Numbered from the stretch's first letter, positions 12,812 through 27,435 are shown. The stretch: DNA of 64,000 nucleotides from Paraspadella gotoi (GCA_051294375.1 CM119270.1:16923904-16987903); one strand, 5' to 3'. The notes: a model not told the origin generated them from the sequence alone. A program made the numbers and translations.

Positions 12812-15143
12812 TTATATTTCCTGTATCCGGGAGATAGATTTCAAAAGATGAAACTCATAAATTTGTTTGAATTCGAAATCGGGCGCGCGAAAACAACAAA
12901 ACAATATCTGTCTCGTGATCGCCATCGTTTCCTGCCAAAAACACGCTCAATCTTTCTCCCTCCCTCTCCCCCCTTTTAAACCCCACCCGCGCCGCCGACC
13001 TTTAAACGACCCGCCAACAGGTGACGATCGGGGGCTACGAAAACGTCAAGTTCCACACGGACACGGTCGTCGACACGCTCGGCCTTCAGGAGCCGCGCCA
13101 ACGACGACCCCCGCCCTTCGCCGACGTCGAGGACGACGAGGACGTCGTCGACGGAGAGATCGAGACGGCGCGATCGGCTCCCAACGCCCTGGCGGCGGAA
13201 AATCCGGCGCCGACGCTCAACGGCGTCGGGACTCGTTCGGCGTCGCCCCCGGACCGGGAGGGCCTTTCTCATCCGGACTGTCAGGATTCCATCAATTCCG
13301 AGTCGCTGGACGGGGACGACTTTATCATCTTCGACGGTGAGGCTGAAAGCGTAATGGGGAGATGGGGTTTGTTTCATCAACCGATCGTGTGATTGGAAGA
13401 ACATTGCTACTGTTTTAAAATGTCTCCGTATTTTTCTTCTTAATTTTCAGTCGTAAAAAATACTTATCAGACTTATTTTTCGCCCCCGCCCCCACCTCCC
13501 CGGAAAAAAAGAAAAAATAATCTTCGGGCTCCTTAGTATCTTAATATATAGCTTCTTAATATCCATGCCGCTTACTTTTTCCAATTTCGACAATATGTGA
13601 TTAATGTTCGCTTACAAAACGAAACCTTGATCCTCTCTTCGCCTCACTCTCACTTCTGAGTGATCTTCTTGCGTCAGTAACTTCGACAGAGGCGCCCTTG
13701 ACACCAATCGCCTTTAAGTTATGGCCTCGTTTTCCCGAAAGTGATCGCCTGACGGCTGCGGCTAACGGCTGCGCCTGCCCCGTCGGCTCGACCTCGTTTT
13801 CTTAATCCGACTAGTTGAATCCCCCCGCCCTTTCTCTTAGTCTCTCTCTCTCTCTCTTCGCCCCCCGTATCGTTCGTTTCTACCAGTTCATTTTCCCGTT
13901 TAAAACTTTTCTCTCTTTCTTTCCTCATTTCATGATGTAAATACAACGAAAATCACGCTCGTTTAATTTGGATATTTTTTCCCCTCCGAATTCCCGAAAT
14001 CTACTTTATTTCGATTTCGACGATAAAAACATATTTCTGTTTGTTTCTTTTTTCTTTTTTTCTTGTTTTGTTTTCTTCTTTTTTGCTCTCTCGGTCGATT
14101 GAGTATTATTTTTGTTTTTTCCTTGTTTTTTTCGTTTCAACCTTTTACTTTTTTGTTTCTTTTGAGTTTCAGTCGTTTCCTTTCCGCCTATGAAAATAAC
14201 GGCTCTTTTGAAAAAACCTCAATGAATTCGGACCTTTTTTGCGATCGTTGGCAATTTTTCACAACTTGTTTTTCAAACTCATTTTTTTAGTTGTTTTTTT
14301 TTTACCTTGCGTTGTTTTACTCTGCCAACCATATCGCGACTTTTTCGGTCATCTGCATTTTTAGAGTAGCACCTCGGTGTCTTATTTTCACCTCGACGAA
14401 AACTTGTCTAAATATGAAATTATTTTCGAAACAATAATAAATTTTAATAATACATTTCATAAACGCAAGGATATATTTTTACTCATTTTCGGCCTCGAAA
14501 CGAAATTTTGTAACTCAAGTAAGATAAAAAAATAAAAAATATTATTTACCAAAAAATGAAATTTTGCGAGATTATGTAGTCCTCTCCTGTATTTCCGTAT
14601 TTATAAACATTTTATCAACCCATTTTCCCAATCCCTTTCATCGCCTTACATGTTTTATTATATTCATTTTTCACATTTTCTCCAATCTCCACTTAAACCC
14701 AATCACCGCCCAAAAGGAAAAAGTCTGGAGGAGTTCGAGAACAAGCACCATGTCCCCGTCCACCGAAAAACGACGACGGCGACGACCATCGCCGACGCCA
14801 AAGATTTCTTCTTAAACGGCGACGGCTTCCGTTCCGCCGACGACGCCTCCAAACCGGAAGTGGGGGAACCCTCGGTAGAGGAGCGCCGCGGATTCGACGG
14901 CGCCGTCAATGGCGACGCCGGCGGCGGCGCCGGAGGAAATGACGGCGACGAAAAGGTGGGAGTCGGCGAAAATTAGATTCGAATGCGACGAGTTTGTTTT
15001 AATACTTTCATCGTTCAGTGTAGAGACTAGAGACTGTAGAGTGTAATTGTATGTATTATTGTATCTCTGTTCGAATCGACCTTGGCTCGGGCCTCGCAAT
15101 CTCACAAACCGATTCAAGCGGCTTTATTGCCTCGGGCGCAACG

Positions 15144-15208
<65 letters not shown>

Positions 15209-18198
15209 CGCGAGAAAAGAGAAAAGAGCAAACGTTCACAATCGATATGAATGAAATATATGCGCAATTTACGTAAGCTATAGCGGGAAGAAAAAAATAT
15301 GCTGAGGCTTACAAAAGTCTCGTTTGATTTCGATCTTTTAGCTTGTTTATTTTTATACTTGGGTGATGTATTCTCGATTAAATAGCTAACGAAAAGAAAT
15401 GCAGGATTCATTAATCATCAACTCTTCTTCCCCGATCGTTTATAAAGGTCGTCAAGAAGGGCGACGACGACTACGAAGAAGACAAAAAGAAGACGTTGGA
15501 TTCTCCGAGTCAGGAGAGTTCCGCCGAGTCGTCGGAGACGCCCAAGTCCAAAGAAGAAGAGCAGGAGCTGAAGGTGAGGAGCAGATTCGAGACGCGCGGT
15601 GGTGGTGCGATAGACGAGGAGCGGAAAAGAGTGGAGGAGCCATTCGCGCCGTTTGGTTTCGATTTATAAAGAAATTGGTCGGAGATTTCCGGCGAAACGT
15701 CCGATCGAAACTCCATTTTTTAATCTCCAGACCTTCTCCAACTCTCCTTCACCTCCTCTTCCTTTCTCTCTTTTCTCCCTTTCTCTCTCTTATCCCTCCA
15801 GGATATCCTTAAAACCTTTTAGCCACTCCTACCCTCCCCACACCCCATTGTCTTGTTTCTCGCTCGTTTTCGGTGAATTACTTTATTCTGTCTGGCGTAG
15901 AGTGATTAATTGCGTATGATCGATCCCCCGATCGCTTTCTTGATTCTTTTGTACTTCCCCGTTTTATTTCCCGACTGACCTCGGTCTTCCCCCCTTTCTT
16001 TTATATCTCGGAGAATCTCGTTGAATCTCTGTAATTTTCTTGAGTTTATTCAATCATCTTTTTGGAATTTTAACGAGAATTTGAATAAATTGGTTTTACC
16101 CAAATTTTTTTCTCCCCACGATCTTTGATTTTTATTTCGCAGGCTTTGAATTAAATTCTCCAGTCACAAATAATCTAAGTACGGCGATTAAACTTGTTTT
16201 AAAATTTTACGAATGAATATATATTTCTCAAAGTAGTTACCTATTTGACCAATAGTATCGGTGGATATAATCGAAACTTCTCTAGTGTTTGCAAGAGAAC
16301 CTAGTTTTAAAATCCTGCTTAGTGCTTCAGTGCCGCCATCGGGGTTGTTCCATATCTTCTTGCAAAAACTTAGTTTTGTTTTGGAAACAAAAAATGGTTT
16401 GCTTTTGTATCGCCCTACCCACTTTATCGTTTTTTTTTCGCTCTCCCTTTCTATCCCCCACCTTCTCAATGATGAACATCGCCATAGATTCGTGAGCGCG
16501 ATAGCAGGAGAAAGAAATAATTTGTAGAAAGTAAAAGTATAAATGTCTGTTTATTGTTAACACGCGAAAATACCTAGACGTACGAGAAAAAAAAGAGAAA
16601 CCTGGCCTGCCGCATCGGGTACTGATAATCGCGAACGAGTTGGGGGTAGTTAACGTATGATGCAATGTTTGATGCTGATCTACTCATAAATTTCAAGAGT
16701 TTTTTTTTTAACTTTTAGGCCGTGGCCACTTCGCCGTCTGGGAGATTTTTGAAGTTCGAGACCGAAGTTGGACGGGGATCATTCAAAACCGTTTTCAAAG
16801 GTGAAAGGGAGAAAGGCAGATTGATAATATCATAAGAATTCATGGATTCTTTTTCCCTGTTTCTTTTCTATTCTCCCCCCTCAACCAATTTCTTTGTTCC
16901 GTCTGTTTTGTATCTCGGTTTTCCTATCTTTCAATCCGGTGGTCTACCACAAAAAAATCAGTTTTCAAGGTTTTTAGTCACGCGGTTAAAGTAAAGGAGG
17001 AAAAGGATTGTTATCTCACACAAGAGTCGAGTTTGTTTATTTTTGGAGAATTGAAAGTTGGCTTGAACAAGATTTATTCTGTTTTCGCTACCAGGTTTGG
17101 ACACGGAAACTGGCGTCGCCGTGGCCTGGTGCGAGCTGCAAGACAAGAAACTATCCAGGAGCGAAAGGATGAGATTTAAAGAAGAAGCAGAAATGCTGAA
17201 GGGTAAAAAGGAGAAAGTGAAATGTTTTTGTGGCGAATGCAGTATCCTTGTGTGTTACTATTATTTTTATGTATGTGGTCCAAGCAAAATGTTACCGTTG
17301 TTTTCAATAGGTCTTCAACATCCAAACATTGTCCGGTTTTACGACGCGTGGGAAGATCAAAACGCGGCGGGCAAAAAGTATTTTATCATGGTCACGGAAT
17401 TAATGACATCCGGAACCCTAAAGACATACATCCGGAGGTTCAAGCGCATCAACGCCAAAGTCCTGAAATCTTGGTGTCGCCAGATTTTAAAGGTTTGGTG
17501 TCACCTCATTTGTCGATTGTTGCCTATAATGCATTTATCGAGCGTTCCACGCCCGCCTATAATCAGGGCCTGCAATTTCTCCACACACGCGAGCCGCCCG
17601 TGATTCACCGCGATCTCAAGTGCGACAACATTTTCATCACTGGTCCTACTGGATCCGTAAAGATCGGAGACCTGGGGCTTGCGACCCTGAAGAACAAGAG
17701 TTTCGCCAAGAGGTGAGTTTTTCAAGTTGCGAACTTTTGTTCCAGATTTCTTATTCACTCCTCATTCATGTTTTCTTCAGCGTGATCGGAACTCCAGAGT
17801 TCATGGCGCCCGAGATGTACGAGGAGCACTACGACGAAAGCGTCGACATCTACGCCTTCGGAATGTGCGTCTTGGAGATGGCCACTTCCGGTTAGATGAA
17901 ATGAATCGAACTTTCCTAATTTTATTCTTTAGTGTAACTTTAAGTTTAACCTAACTCCATTTTTTTATACTTGTCCCCATCATCCAGAGTATCCCTATTC
18001 GGAGTGTCAAAACGCGGCGCAAATCTACCGTCGAGTCACCAACGGTGTCCCTCCGCAGAATCTCTCGAAAGTCACCGATCCGGAAATGATGGAGATCGTC
18101 CAAGGATGCATCAGATCGCTCAAGGCCGAAAGGTAAAACTTGTATATAATAATAATAATAATAATGATGATAATAATGATAATAATAATAATAATAAC

Positions 18199-18238
<40 letters not shown>

Positions 18239-21200
18239 TTGGACATAAACTGTAGGAAAGGATAAAGAAAATACTGTTATTGGTTGTACCAATTTCATAT
18301 AATTATAAATAAACTTCAACAATAACAGGTATACCGTCAAAGATCTCCTGGCGCACGACTATTTTCTCGAAGACGCGGGAATTCGAATCGATATTTGCAA
18401 CAAACCGGGTGAGTTTTTTCCCGTCTGACCTCTACTAATTTCTTTGCATTTGTTTTTGCTTATCCCGTCCATATTTGATATCCCTTGTTTTAATATATTT
18501 CACTTCCCATCATCCTCTTCCTCCATCTCACGATTCCACCCTCCCTCCTCATTCCAGACGAGAGCGAAGTGGAAAAGGTCGAGTCGGTAAATCTTCAGCT
18601 GCGCAGAGAGAAGCAGCGGAAGGGAACGGAGAAGAAGCAAGAATCGGACACGGCCATCCAGTTCGACTTCCACCTCGTCAACGATGACGCGGAAAATCTC
18701 GCCCATGAGATGGTCGTTCAAGGTCCGTGCTCGTTGCCCGTAATCCTCAAGTCTGTAATCCTGTAGTCTGTAATTGATCTCTCGACATTTAATTTGGCAA
18801 TGTTTGACCCTTAGGCTACATCCTCGAGGACGAGGTTCGAATTACCGCCAAACATATCAAGTCAGCGATCGCTGAGGTGAGTTTGAAATTCTTTTACATA
18901 ATGATAAGAGTAAACTTGCGATGTATATTTTCACTTTATTCCTATTTAGATTAAGAGGATGCAAGACAAAAAGAAAGAAGAAAAACAACAGAAACTGGAG
19001 AAACAGCAGCAGCAATTACAAATGCAGCTTGAGAAACAACAGATGGAAAAACAACAGCAAATGCAACAGCAGCTGGAAAAACAACAGATAGATCTGCAAC
19101 AACAGTTTGACAAAAAAACGAGTCAACAACAATTGGAAGACGGTGCGAAAGTTAAAAGCGAAACCGAATTGAAAGATGGCCAAGAAGTCCTACAACCAAT
19201 TCAACAACCGACTGCGCAACAGATGCAGCCGATTCTCGCTCAAATGCCCGCGCAACAGCAAATGCATCATTTGTCCCAACCGCCGTTGCATCAAACGTCG
19301 CAACAACAGCAACCCCAGCTCTCTGCTCAACAGCAGATTACCCAGCCAATGCATCAACAAGTTCATTCTCAGCAAGTCCCTCAATCGTCCGTTAACGTTC
19401 AACAGCAGACGCAACAACAATTACCATCACACGTCGCTCAGCCGATTCAACAACTGCCGCCGATTCAAACACACCAGGCGCCGCTACAGCCGGTGGAGCA
19501 GTTTTCCCATCCCAGTCATCCCGCGCCGCTTCAACCGATCTCCGTTCGCGAGTCAGAATCTCAACTTCGCCTTCAAACCCCGAGTCAAGTCGACCCGACT
19601 GTGTCGCCTCGAGCCGACTCCGACGGCCCTTCGGCACCCCATCCTCCCCAGCTGGCACCACCGCAAGTCCCGCAGGATTTTCGAGAGCGCTCATCCTCCG
19701 TCCCCGTAGAAATCACCGCCTGGAACGCCCAGAAGCAACTGGACCACTCGTCGTCGACGGCAAGTATGGAGACCGCCGTGCCGCCGCAGCAACAGCCACC
19801 GCCGCCGCAGCAGCAGCAGAGTTCTCAGCATCCCTACTTGCAGTCGTACTTTCAAACAATGCAGTTGCCTCAACCTCCGGCATCGTCCAACATTTATCAG
19901 GAGGTTCCCTTTCTACCCAATCAGTCCGGTATTAATCTAAGTCAGGCTTACGCCCAGGCCGGTCAGCCTTTGGCTCCGTCCAATCAGATTGGTCATGTTG
20001 GATCTTCCTGTCAATTTGCGCAACCCATCGGCCAAACCAACCAATATGTTCAATCGGTCTCTGTGACGCCGGGTCAGGACGCTCTCAAAGCTGACGTTTC
20101 TCAGTTGAGTCTCCATCATCAACAACAGCTGCAACCGCTTCATCAACAACAACAAATACCCGCTCAAATTTCTGCTCACACCGACTCGAACTCTGCTCAA
20201 CAACAACATCAACTACAACAACAACCGATACAACATATCCCCGTGGAGTCGGACGATGGTGGAGGCTCTAGTTTGAACTTGGACGAATCGGCTCAGAAAT
20301 CTTCGCAGTCGTCGATTCTTCACATTCAATCCACGAGTTCCTCCAACGTCTCCAACTCAGAATCCGTCGAAAACGTCTTCTACTATCAGCAGCAAACGTC
20401 GATGCATCAACAACAGCAACTGCTGCAACAAACGGCTGCGGAGGCTATCCCGGCTCTGCCAACGTCCGTCGTGTTGCCGCAGCAACCGGGCCAACCACTG
20501 CAACCAATGCAGCCGCAGCAAAGCCATTCTACCCTTACTCTGCCGCAACTCCAGAAGCCGCATCAACATCCGACGGAACTAAAGCAGCAAACGTCTGACG
20601 AAGGCATCGTCGCCGTCGATGACGACGCATCCAAGAAGCGAAAGAAAGAGGTGGAAAAGAAGCGAAAGGATAGCAAGCGGAAACCTGTCGCCAAAATTAC
20701 CATCCTCAAGTTGGAGACTGAAGCGGACGGGCTCATTATTGGCTGCCAGCTGGACAACGGTATTTCCCTCCCCCAATTTTTTTTCCTTTTTGCTATTTTG
20801 TCATTCTTTTTACTCATTTCCGTTCTCAGGGGTCGGAAAACATATCGATTTCAAGTTCGACATCCACAAAGACGAATCCTCAGAGATCGTTTCGAATCTG
20901 GTCGCCAATAAGCTTGTACAAGAAGGACAGGCTGAGGAGATCCAACTCCTCTTAGAAAAGGTCATCCTTAAGGTCAAAGAAACTCCGGCGGGTAATATAC
21001 AGGTAAATGTGGACGGAAAGAAGAATGCGAAATGTTTTGCTATTTTTTTTTTCTGAAGAAAATTTAATTTTATGAAAATTAGTTTTTTTTTAATAGTTAC
21101 TACACTTACATCATCACATGTATACGTTACGCGACTAGTCTATTTACTAAATTCTTGTTTTTTTTTCGCAGAGTTTGCTTAATTCTACGTTGACGACGAC

Positions 21201-24200
21201 GAGTCCGTCTATGTCCAGAAAATCAACGTTTTCTTCCGTGTCAAATCAAGGGAACGTGGAGGGAAACGGTCAGTGAAAGTTAACTGAATTTTTTTTGTAG
21301 GATAAGGATAAAAATATATTAGGATTATCTCCAAATTCATTCAGTAATGATCAATTATAATTCTCGAGATTTTCCCATTAATGTTCTCCAGACGAGGGCG
21401 CAGAGGACTCGTCTTTCGTGGCGACGTCGGAAGGTCACCGTTCTGCGCCCAAATCGGCTCTTCTCAAAAAGTCCAACGTGGAGAGCGAGGGTCAGGGAAG
21501 TCTAGACGTTTCCTCCGATCAAAGTTTTCCTGGTTCGCCGGTTCGCAAACCCAGAGGCGGGAGTAACGCTGGTGAGTATTTAAGACAATCTTTGTAATTT
21601 GTAGTATGTTGCCTTAATGAGTATTAATCATTTCCTTTTTTCTCTAAAGTATCGGCACCTCCCAGCGCTAGCGGCTACAGCGGGGCTGCCCCACCAAATT
21701 GGCCGCAAGACGGCGCCCCCGCCGGTAGTCAAAGGCCTTCGCGACACACTTCCTTCTCAGCCAAGCAGCGCCCTGACAACTACGCCCATTCTGCGCCTCC
21801 CTCGAACGACGCCACCTTCGTTGGCATAAAGCCTTCCGCCGCTCCGCCAGCGGCTACCCTCTCTACCGCCGGCGCAGCTTCCGCCGCTTTTGAGAGCCAG
21901 CCGTCGAGCAACCTGCCGTCGCACCCCATGACGCCGTCCCATTTTCAAGTCCCGACGGCAGATCACAGTGTCGTCATAAAAGAGGTTCAAGCGCGGCTTG
22001 CCGAGTTAAGCGTCGGAGATGCTGCCGAAGTCGGGAAAGAGTCCCCGCCTTTGCATCCGCAGCCGATGCAACCACCGTTACCAGAATCCATGCTGCAGCA
22101 GATACCCCAGCCAGTGACTCAAAAGGCACAAGCTCCCCAACAACCGCTTCCGGTGCCGCTTCAATCTTCGTTGCCCCCGGAGTCGACAACCGATGAGAAG
22201 CAACATCTTCACTCTCATCACCCGCTGCCACTTCAGCCAGTTCAACCCACCACGCCTTTGCCTCTAAGCAAGACAAACGTCCAGACTCTTGCCCACAATT
22301 TGCCCGAGATCGGATCCTCAGCTCACATAAATCCACCTTCAAGTTTTGACAAGTCGGAGCGGCGTTTATCGGAACCACAGAACGTGGGTCCGCGAACACT
22401 CCCCGATGTCGGCGAGGCGGCTTTCGATGCAGGAGTTTTGACGGCGCCGATTGTCATGCATGAAACCGGAAGCAGTATGACGTTCCCCGCCTATCACCCA
22501 AATCAGCAGAACAACAACAACACCAATCCCGTCCTGGATGCCAGTGGATTTTATGAGCCACCTCCGGTGGCTGCAGCTGCGGCCGCGGGTGAAGGCGTGA
22601 TGCTTACGCAGCATTCGCAACAGCAAAAACCGCCACCTCCGCAGCAAACAATGCAACAACAGGATTTGCACAATCATCAGTCGCAGTCCCTAGGCGCCAT
22701 TGACGCTTACGCATATCAAGAAGAAATGCTGAAGCTTCAGCAGCAACAACAGCAACATCATCAACACGAGCTCCTGAAGCAGCAGTACAACCTGAGCGAT
22801 CAGCAAGCGCTGGCGTTTCGACAGCGGCCGGTTTATCCGCAGGACGTTATCAAAGGAACAGTTTCCGTTCCTTTGGATCTGTTTCGACCCGGATCTCAAG
22901 TCATGGACTCGACTGGTCAAGTCTATAACACAGTTCCTTACAAGGGCTCGGTTAAAGATGGCGGCGCTGCCGTAGCCCAAGGAAAAATGGCTGTCGCGGG
23001 ATCAGCTTCAAACGCTGACCATGTAATCAAGGTGACCACGTCTCAGATCATCGTTTCAGCACCGACTTCCCCAGGAGTAAGCACGGCGCCAGTGGTGTCG
23101 GCTGGAGTCGCCTCTCAAGCTAAGGATGCTGCCTCCTCTGGATCTGCACCAGTTAAAATTATTCAGGGGTCGTCAGCAGTCCCTTCTCCGGCGATCCAGA
23201 CGCCGCATGCCTCTACATTGCAGACCGCCCCTTCAGTGCAAACGATTGTCTCTACGGCCGCTAGTGAAGCAACAATACCAGTGGCTCCCGCCAAAGTGAC
23301 CTCTGTGAAGATGGGCGCTCCTCCTACTCCATCGGCGTTCCCCATTAAAGAAATTGGTCCCTCTGGAGTTTCATCAACAGCATCTGCTTCTACGGCGGCC
23401 ACCACAGCATTGCCTGGCCCATCGGCGGCTCCCACCCTGTGGCACCCGCCCCGACGGCTCCCACCCCTGCGGCACCCACCCCTGCTGCACCCGCCCCTGC
23501 TGCACCCGCCCCTGCTGCACCCGCCCCTGCTGCACCCATCCCTGTTGCACCCATCCCTGCGACACCCACCCCAGCGGCTCACACCCCTTCTGCACCCCCT
23601 TTATCATCCGCTATGCCGACAGTAGTTCCACCTCCTGTTTCCTCCACCACCGCCCCCGTTTCCGCTCCTGCAGAATCATCTGGACCTACGGAGGCTGAGC
23701 CGTCCGCCAATATATCCGAACACCCTCCTGGGTCGACCGAGGGTTCGACCCCAACTCCACGACCCAAGGAGCTCAAAACATCTAACATCGACGAACTTGG
23801 CCGCAACCTGATCGCCGTATTGGGCCCCAACCGGAAGAAAGAGTCGACCCCTGTGCAGAGTAATTTGCCGCCCTTGGAGGAGGCGTCCTCGATTCACGAT
23901 CACGCCCGCGGGGGCGTCGTTGCCGCCATCGTGGCTGCCGACTCCGAAACTCCCCTCCCACAAGGATCGCTCGAGAATGGCTGTGATAACGTGGCTGACT
24001 CTGTGACCAGTATCCCAGCGGATACAAGGACTCTGCTATCTCTAAATTGTAGCGACGTATCTGTGATAGAAGGCGAGAAGGAGCCGCCGGTAAAAGCGGC
24101 GGGGGCGGCCGAAAAAGTTGAGCCGGAAAAAGTATCTGCCACAGAAATCCGGCCCCTGGAATCGGCCAACGCCCCCTCGGCGCTTTCTTCCGTGGATTCC

Positions 24201-25824
24201 GTGGAACGACTGGAGCTCGACGCCGTTACATCGACTCCCGCTCCGGAGCAACAAAAATCGGCGAAGCCGACGCGTAACCGGTTCCAAACCGGAAGATTTC
24301 AAGTTCACGCTGTTTCCGAACCGTCTTCGTCGCCCTTCGGCCCCGGTTTTCAATCGAAAAACGCCGTCGCCGAAACAGCATCGGCGGCCGATGAGAAAGA
24401 CACGAAATCAATCGTCGACGAAGACCGCGAGGAAACGAAGGCCCCCGACGCGACCATCGTCTCGACGACGACGACATCCGAGTCGGAAAAAGTCACAACA
24501 ACAACGACGACGATATCGATATCGGCGACGATGACGACGACGACGGAGATCCCGGCCTCGATAACCGTGAGCGTCCCTAAAACTGTTCAACCTTCGACGA
24601 CGACGATGGCGACGGTCGGCACCGTCGTTTCGTCGACGACGGCGTCGACGTCGAGGATCCCAGCGACGATCGTTCAGAGCGCCACGCCCTCCGAGTCGGA
24701 CTTTTCGTCTCGTTCCATCTCCGCGTCAACGTCGGCCGAATCCACGGGGTCTTCGGGTCTTGACGTCGGCAGCTCTAGCGTCGAAGGGTCAGTTTGGGAT
24801 GGGTTAGTAATTAAACGTAATTAAGGACCACATTATAAATCTCCTATTGCATTTGGTTTCATAATTTCTATAAGTTGTTTAGATAAATGATTAAATTGAT
24901 TATTAATTGTTTCTCTTTCCTTTCGTTACGTCCCTCAGCGCCTCGTCCACCGAAGAGAGTCCGTCATCACCTACCGTCGGCCCTTCCATCGAGGGGACTT
25001 CGCTCTCCGCTCCAACGACTTCCGCCGTCAACGGAGTCCATGCGACGCGCCCCGACGATAGCTTCGAAGATATCGTCCCGCTCGATTCCACAGCGACACC
25101 CGTATCCCCGGATGCGACTGCCTCCTCTAAAGACAAACCCGTAATAGAAACGTCGCCGCCCCAAGCTGACTCAGATTTTCAGCTGGAACCGCCGCTTCGT
25201 CGCAAGCAGCAGCCGCCGCAACAACAACAAAAGCAAAAATCCCCTCGAGCCAGCGATTTGTCGCCGAAAGCAATCCGCTTCTCGAAGAACGTGGCTTTCA
25301 TCGAAATCGAAGGTCATTCGGGTAAAGACGAAAGATCCCCATCGCCCTCCACCACGGACAGAAGTCGAGTCGCCTCCGAGAGCGATACTGGTAATTTTTA
25401 TTGGGAGGCTTTTCCCCCCTGAATCTCCCCCCCCCCTGCTAATTGTCATCCTCCCCGTTTTTCAGACGACGAAGAGATTCATTCATTGAAGGATCAACAG
25501 CGCGAGGAGATGGAGAGGCTGATGGCGAAGCACGAGGCCGAGTTGAAGGAACTCTTAAAGGAGAAGCGGCACAAAAAGAAGCAGGCGCGGCTCGCTCGTG
25601 CGGCCATCGCCTTGACGACGACAACTGCGACATCCAGAAACGGTGAAGTTGGCGACGGGAGAAGGACGAGAACTCTTAACGGGTCCAGGGAAACTGTCTC
25701 CCGGGAAAAGTCACCGGGAAGGACCTCCTCCCAAAAGAGGGAGAGTTCTCCTCGGGAGCGCGCTTCCGATCGCTCCAAAACCGGTTCTGTTCCGTCGACT
25801 AGTTCGCCAAACGGACGACCGTGA
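7571..25824 (+). CDS. WNK: WNK (with-no-lysine) serine/threonine kinase, about 25 exons
   Basis: Kinase exons 16719-18408 read [28 protein letters not shown] (catalytic Lys in subdomain I), VAWCELQ (Cys replacing the usual Lys), [27 protein letters not shown] and [29 protein letters not shown]. Two CCT-like/PF2 modules follow ([12 protein letters not shown] at 18558-18722; [12 protein letters not shown] at 20830-21002), then a Q/P-rich exon 18950-20759, an RFQV SPAK/OSR1-docking motif near 24295 and a C-terminal coiled coil at 25466-25600. Phase-consistent N-terminal exons: 7504-7592, 8759-8863, 9101-9204, 10610-10677, 11400-11520, 13021-13336, 14717-14955, 15448-15573. The start codon is uncertain and there is a frameshift at about 23437. 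Confidence 0.93.
18147..18237 (+). repeat. (AAT)n microsatellite in a WNK intron
   Basis: Directly visible; it explains the poly-N, poly-Y and poly-I spurious ORFs. Confidence 0.95.
23428..23590 (+). repeat. Coding 15-nt tandem repeat ([10 protein letters not shown]) in WNK
   Basis: About 10 GCACCCGCCCCTGCT-like units; the first unit is one C short. Confidence 0.9.
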
Positions 25825-27435
25825 TCCGTAGTTGAGGGGAGGAGCGAAGGACGACAGGAAAGAAATATGTTGTGATGGGGAGAGAGAGTGAGTTTGTTTC
25901 TGTGTGTGCGCGCGCTTGCGCGAGTGGGCGATCGGGAATTCGTTTTCGCTTGCAAAAAAGTCTTTCATGAATTAACGTATTTTTTTTCTCACAATGGGCG
26001 GATTACGGACAAACAAAAAGCGAATCGGGAAAGAAAAATCCGCGGTCGGCACTAATTCCGACATGGTTTTTTTATGGGATAGTTTTTCCTTTTTTAAACA
26101 AAGTTGCCTTGATTTGATAGTCGGTAACCGAATGAATATAATATCCAATCGCCGAAGTAAAAGACACGAAAGAAAGAGGGCAAGAAGCGAGTTGGCCACC
26201 CGGACCTTTGCCCATTCCCCCCCTCCTTCGATTCCCTACCTCTTTAATATTTCCAATTTTTTTCCCATCTCTATCTCTTAAGCCCTTTTTCTCCTTCACC
26301 TATTCCCTTCTTTCCGCCCAAAAAAGTCCGGGTAAGCAATCTCCTTTGTCCGGTTCGCACGCAAACATCGAATCTCGGTCCGGCGATTGTAGTACTTAAA
26401 AAAAACCTTTAGAAACAAGTAGACATATATTGACGTTGCGGGTGCGCAATGAAAATTACGGATTTGCAGTTTTACCTTTATTATTTTTTGCTTAATAAAT
26501 ATTGAGAAGTCGTTACATTTTAGTATATTTAGCACTTTACTGTCCGTAGATAACTTTTTTTTGTCTTAGGTTTACTCTTCCCCTTATTTCGCGTCGCTTT
26601 TACAAAAAAAAGTTGGTCCTTTTTTTTGCGCGCGTCGTCGCGAATGTACATTTCACACCCTGTTTTTTGAAGTGAAAGTGCACATCGGAAATGAGAACTC
26701 TCCCCGACGTGATTCTGGTTCTTTGCTGTGGAAATCATTTCTTGTCCCGTTTGTTTTTCTTGTTTTTTTTTTTTTTTAAGAAAAAAGGCGAAATTATTGA
26801 ATATAAAGTGTTTACTATTTAAGTTTTTTCGCGTATGATAATACCGATGATTAATCGAAAAATGGATATAGATATAGATAACAATCAGAAATTGACGACA
26901 ATACTTTTTTTTTCTCAAATCGTGCAACATAAATAACTTTAACCGTTAAAATTTTTTTTATAAATATCTCCTGCACGAATTTGTAATGACTCTTAGTACA
27001 ATTTTCTTCCTTCGTGTGTGATATATACCTGACCGTGCCAACTATGCTTTTTTTTTCAAATAAAGCCTCGACAACAATATGCGAAAACAAACTTTTTTCG
27101 TTGCTAAAATAATTCCATCTGGATGAGGAATTCTAAAGTATGAAGAATGAAAAAAAAAAAATTAAAACGGAGAGGTTTAAGCCGTGTGCGCCAAAGCCGG
27201 CTATTGTCGCACTAATTCGGTTTAACTCTCCTCACGCTCCCTGTTTTTTTTTTCTTCTCGTTTTTTGTGAGATTGTATTATGTCCTTTTTTCTCATCAAT
27301 TTTCAACAATTCCTTGGCATGTTTGTGGTATAGGCTACATTTTTTAAACGATACTAACCGTTGAATTTAATTATGAAGGTTTTCGTAAGTAAATTTTCAA
27401 TCAATTAGGTATTTATAAGAATTCAGGTTTTTGAA

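Noticed and set aside
11466-13035. SALK...RKQVTI as a PP1-docking SILK/RVxF pair in the WNK N-terminus
   Set aside because: The key aromatic residue is Ile and SALK is degenerate; too weak without conservation data.
15047-15411. ER-repeat and SL-repeat ORFs here and at about 5256-5691, 9546-9752 and 47398-47992
   Set aside because: Translations of (GA)n/(TC)n microsatellites.
17951-18340. Poly-Tyr, poly-Asn and poly-Ile ORFs
   Set aside because: Translations of the intronic (AAT)n microsatellite.
23163-23698. Cys-rich CCTRP / GGCSR repeat ORFs resembling metallothionein or keratin-associated proteins
   Set aside because: Alternative-frame and antisense readings of the WNK 15-nt Pro/Ala repeat.
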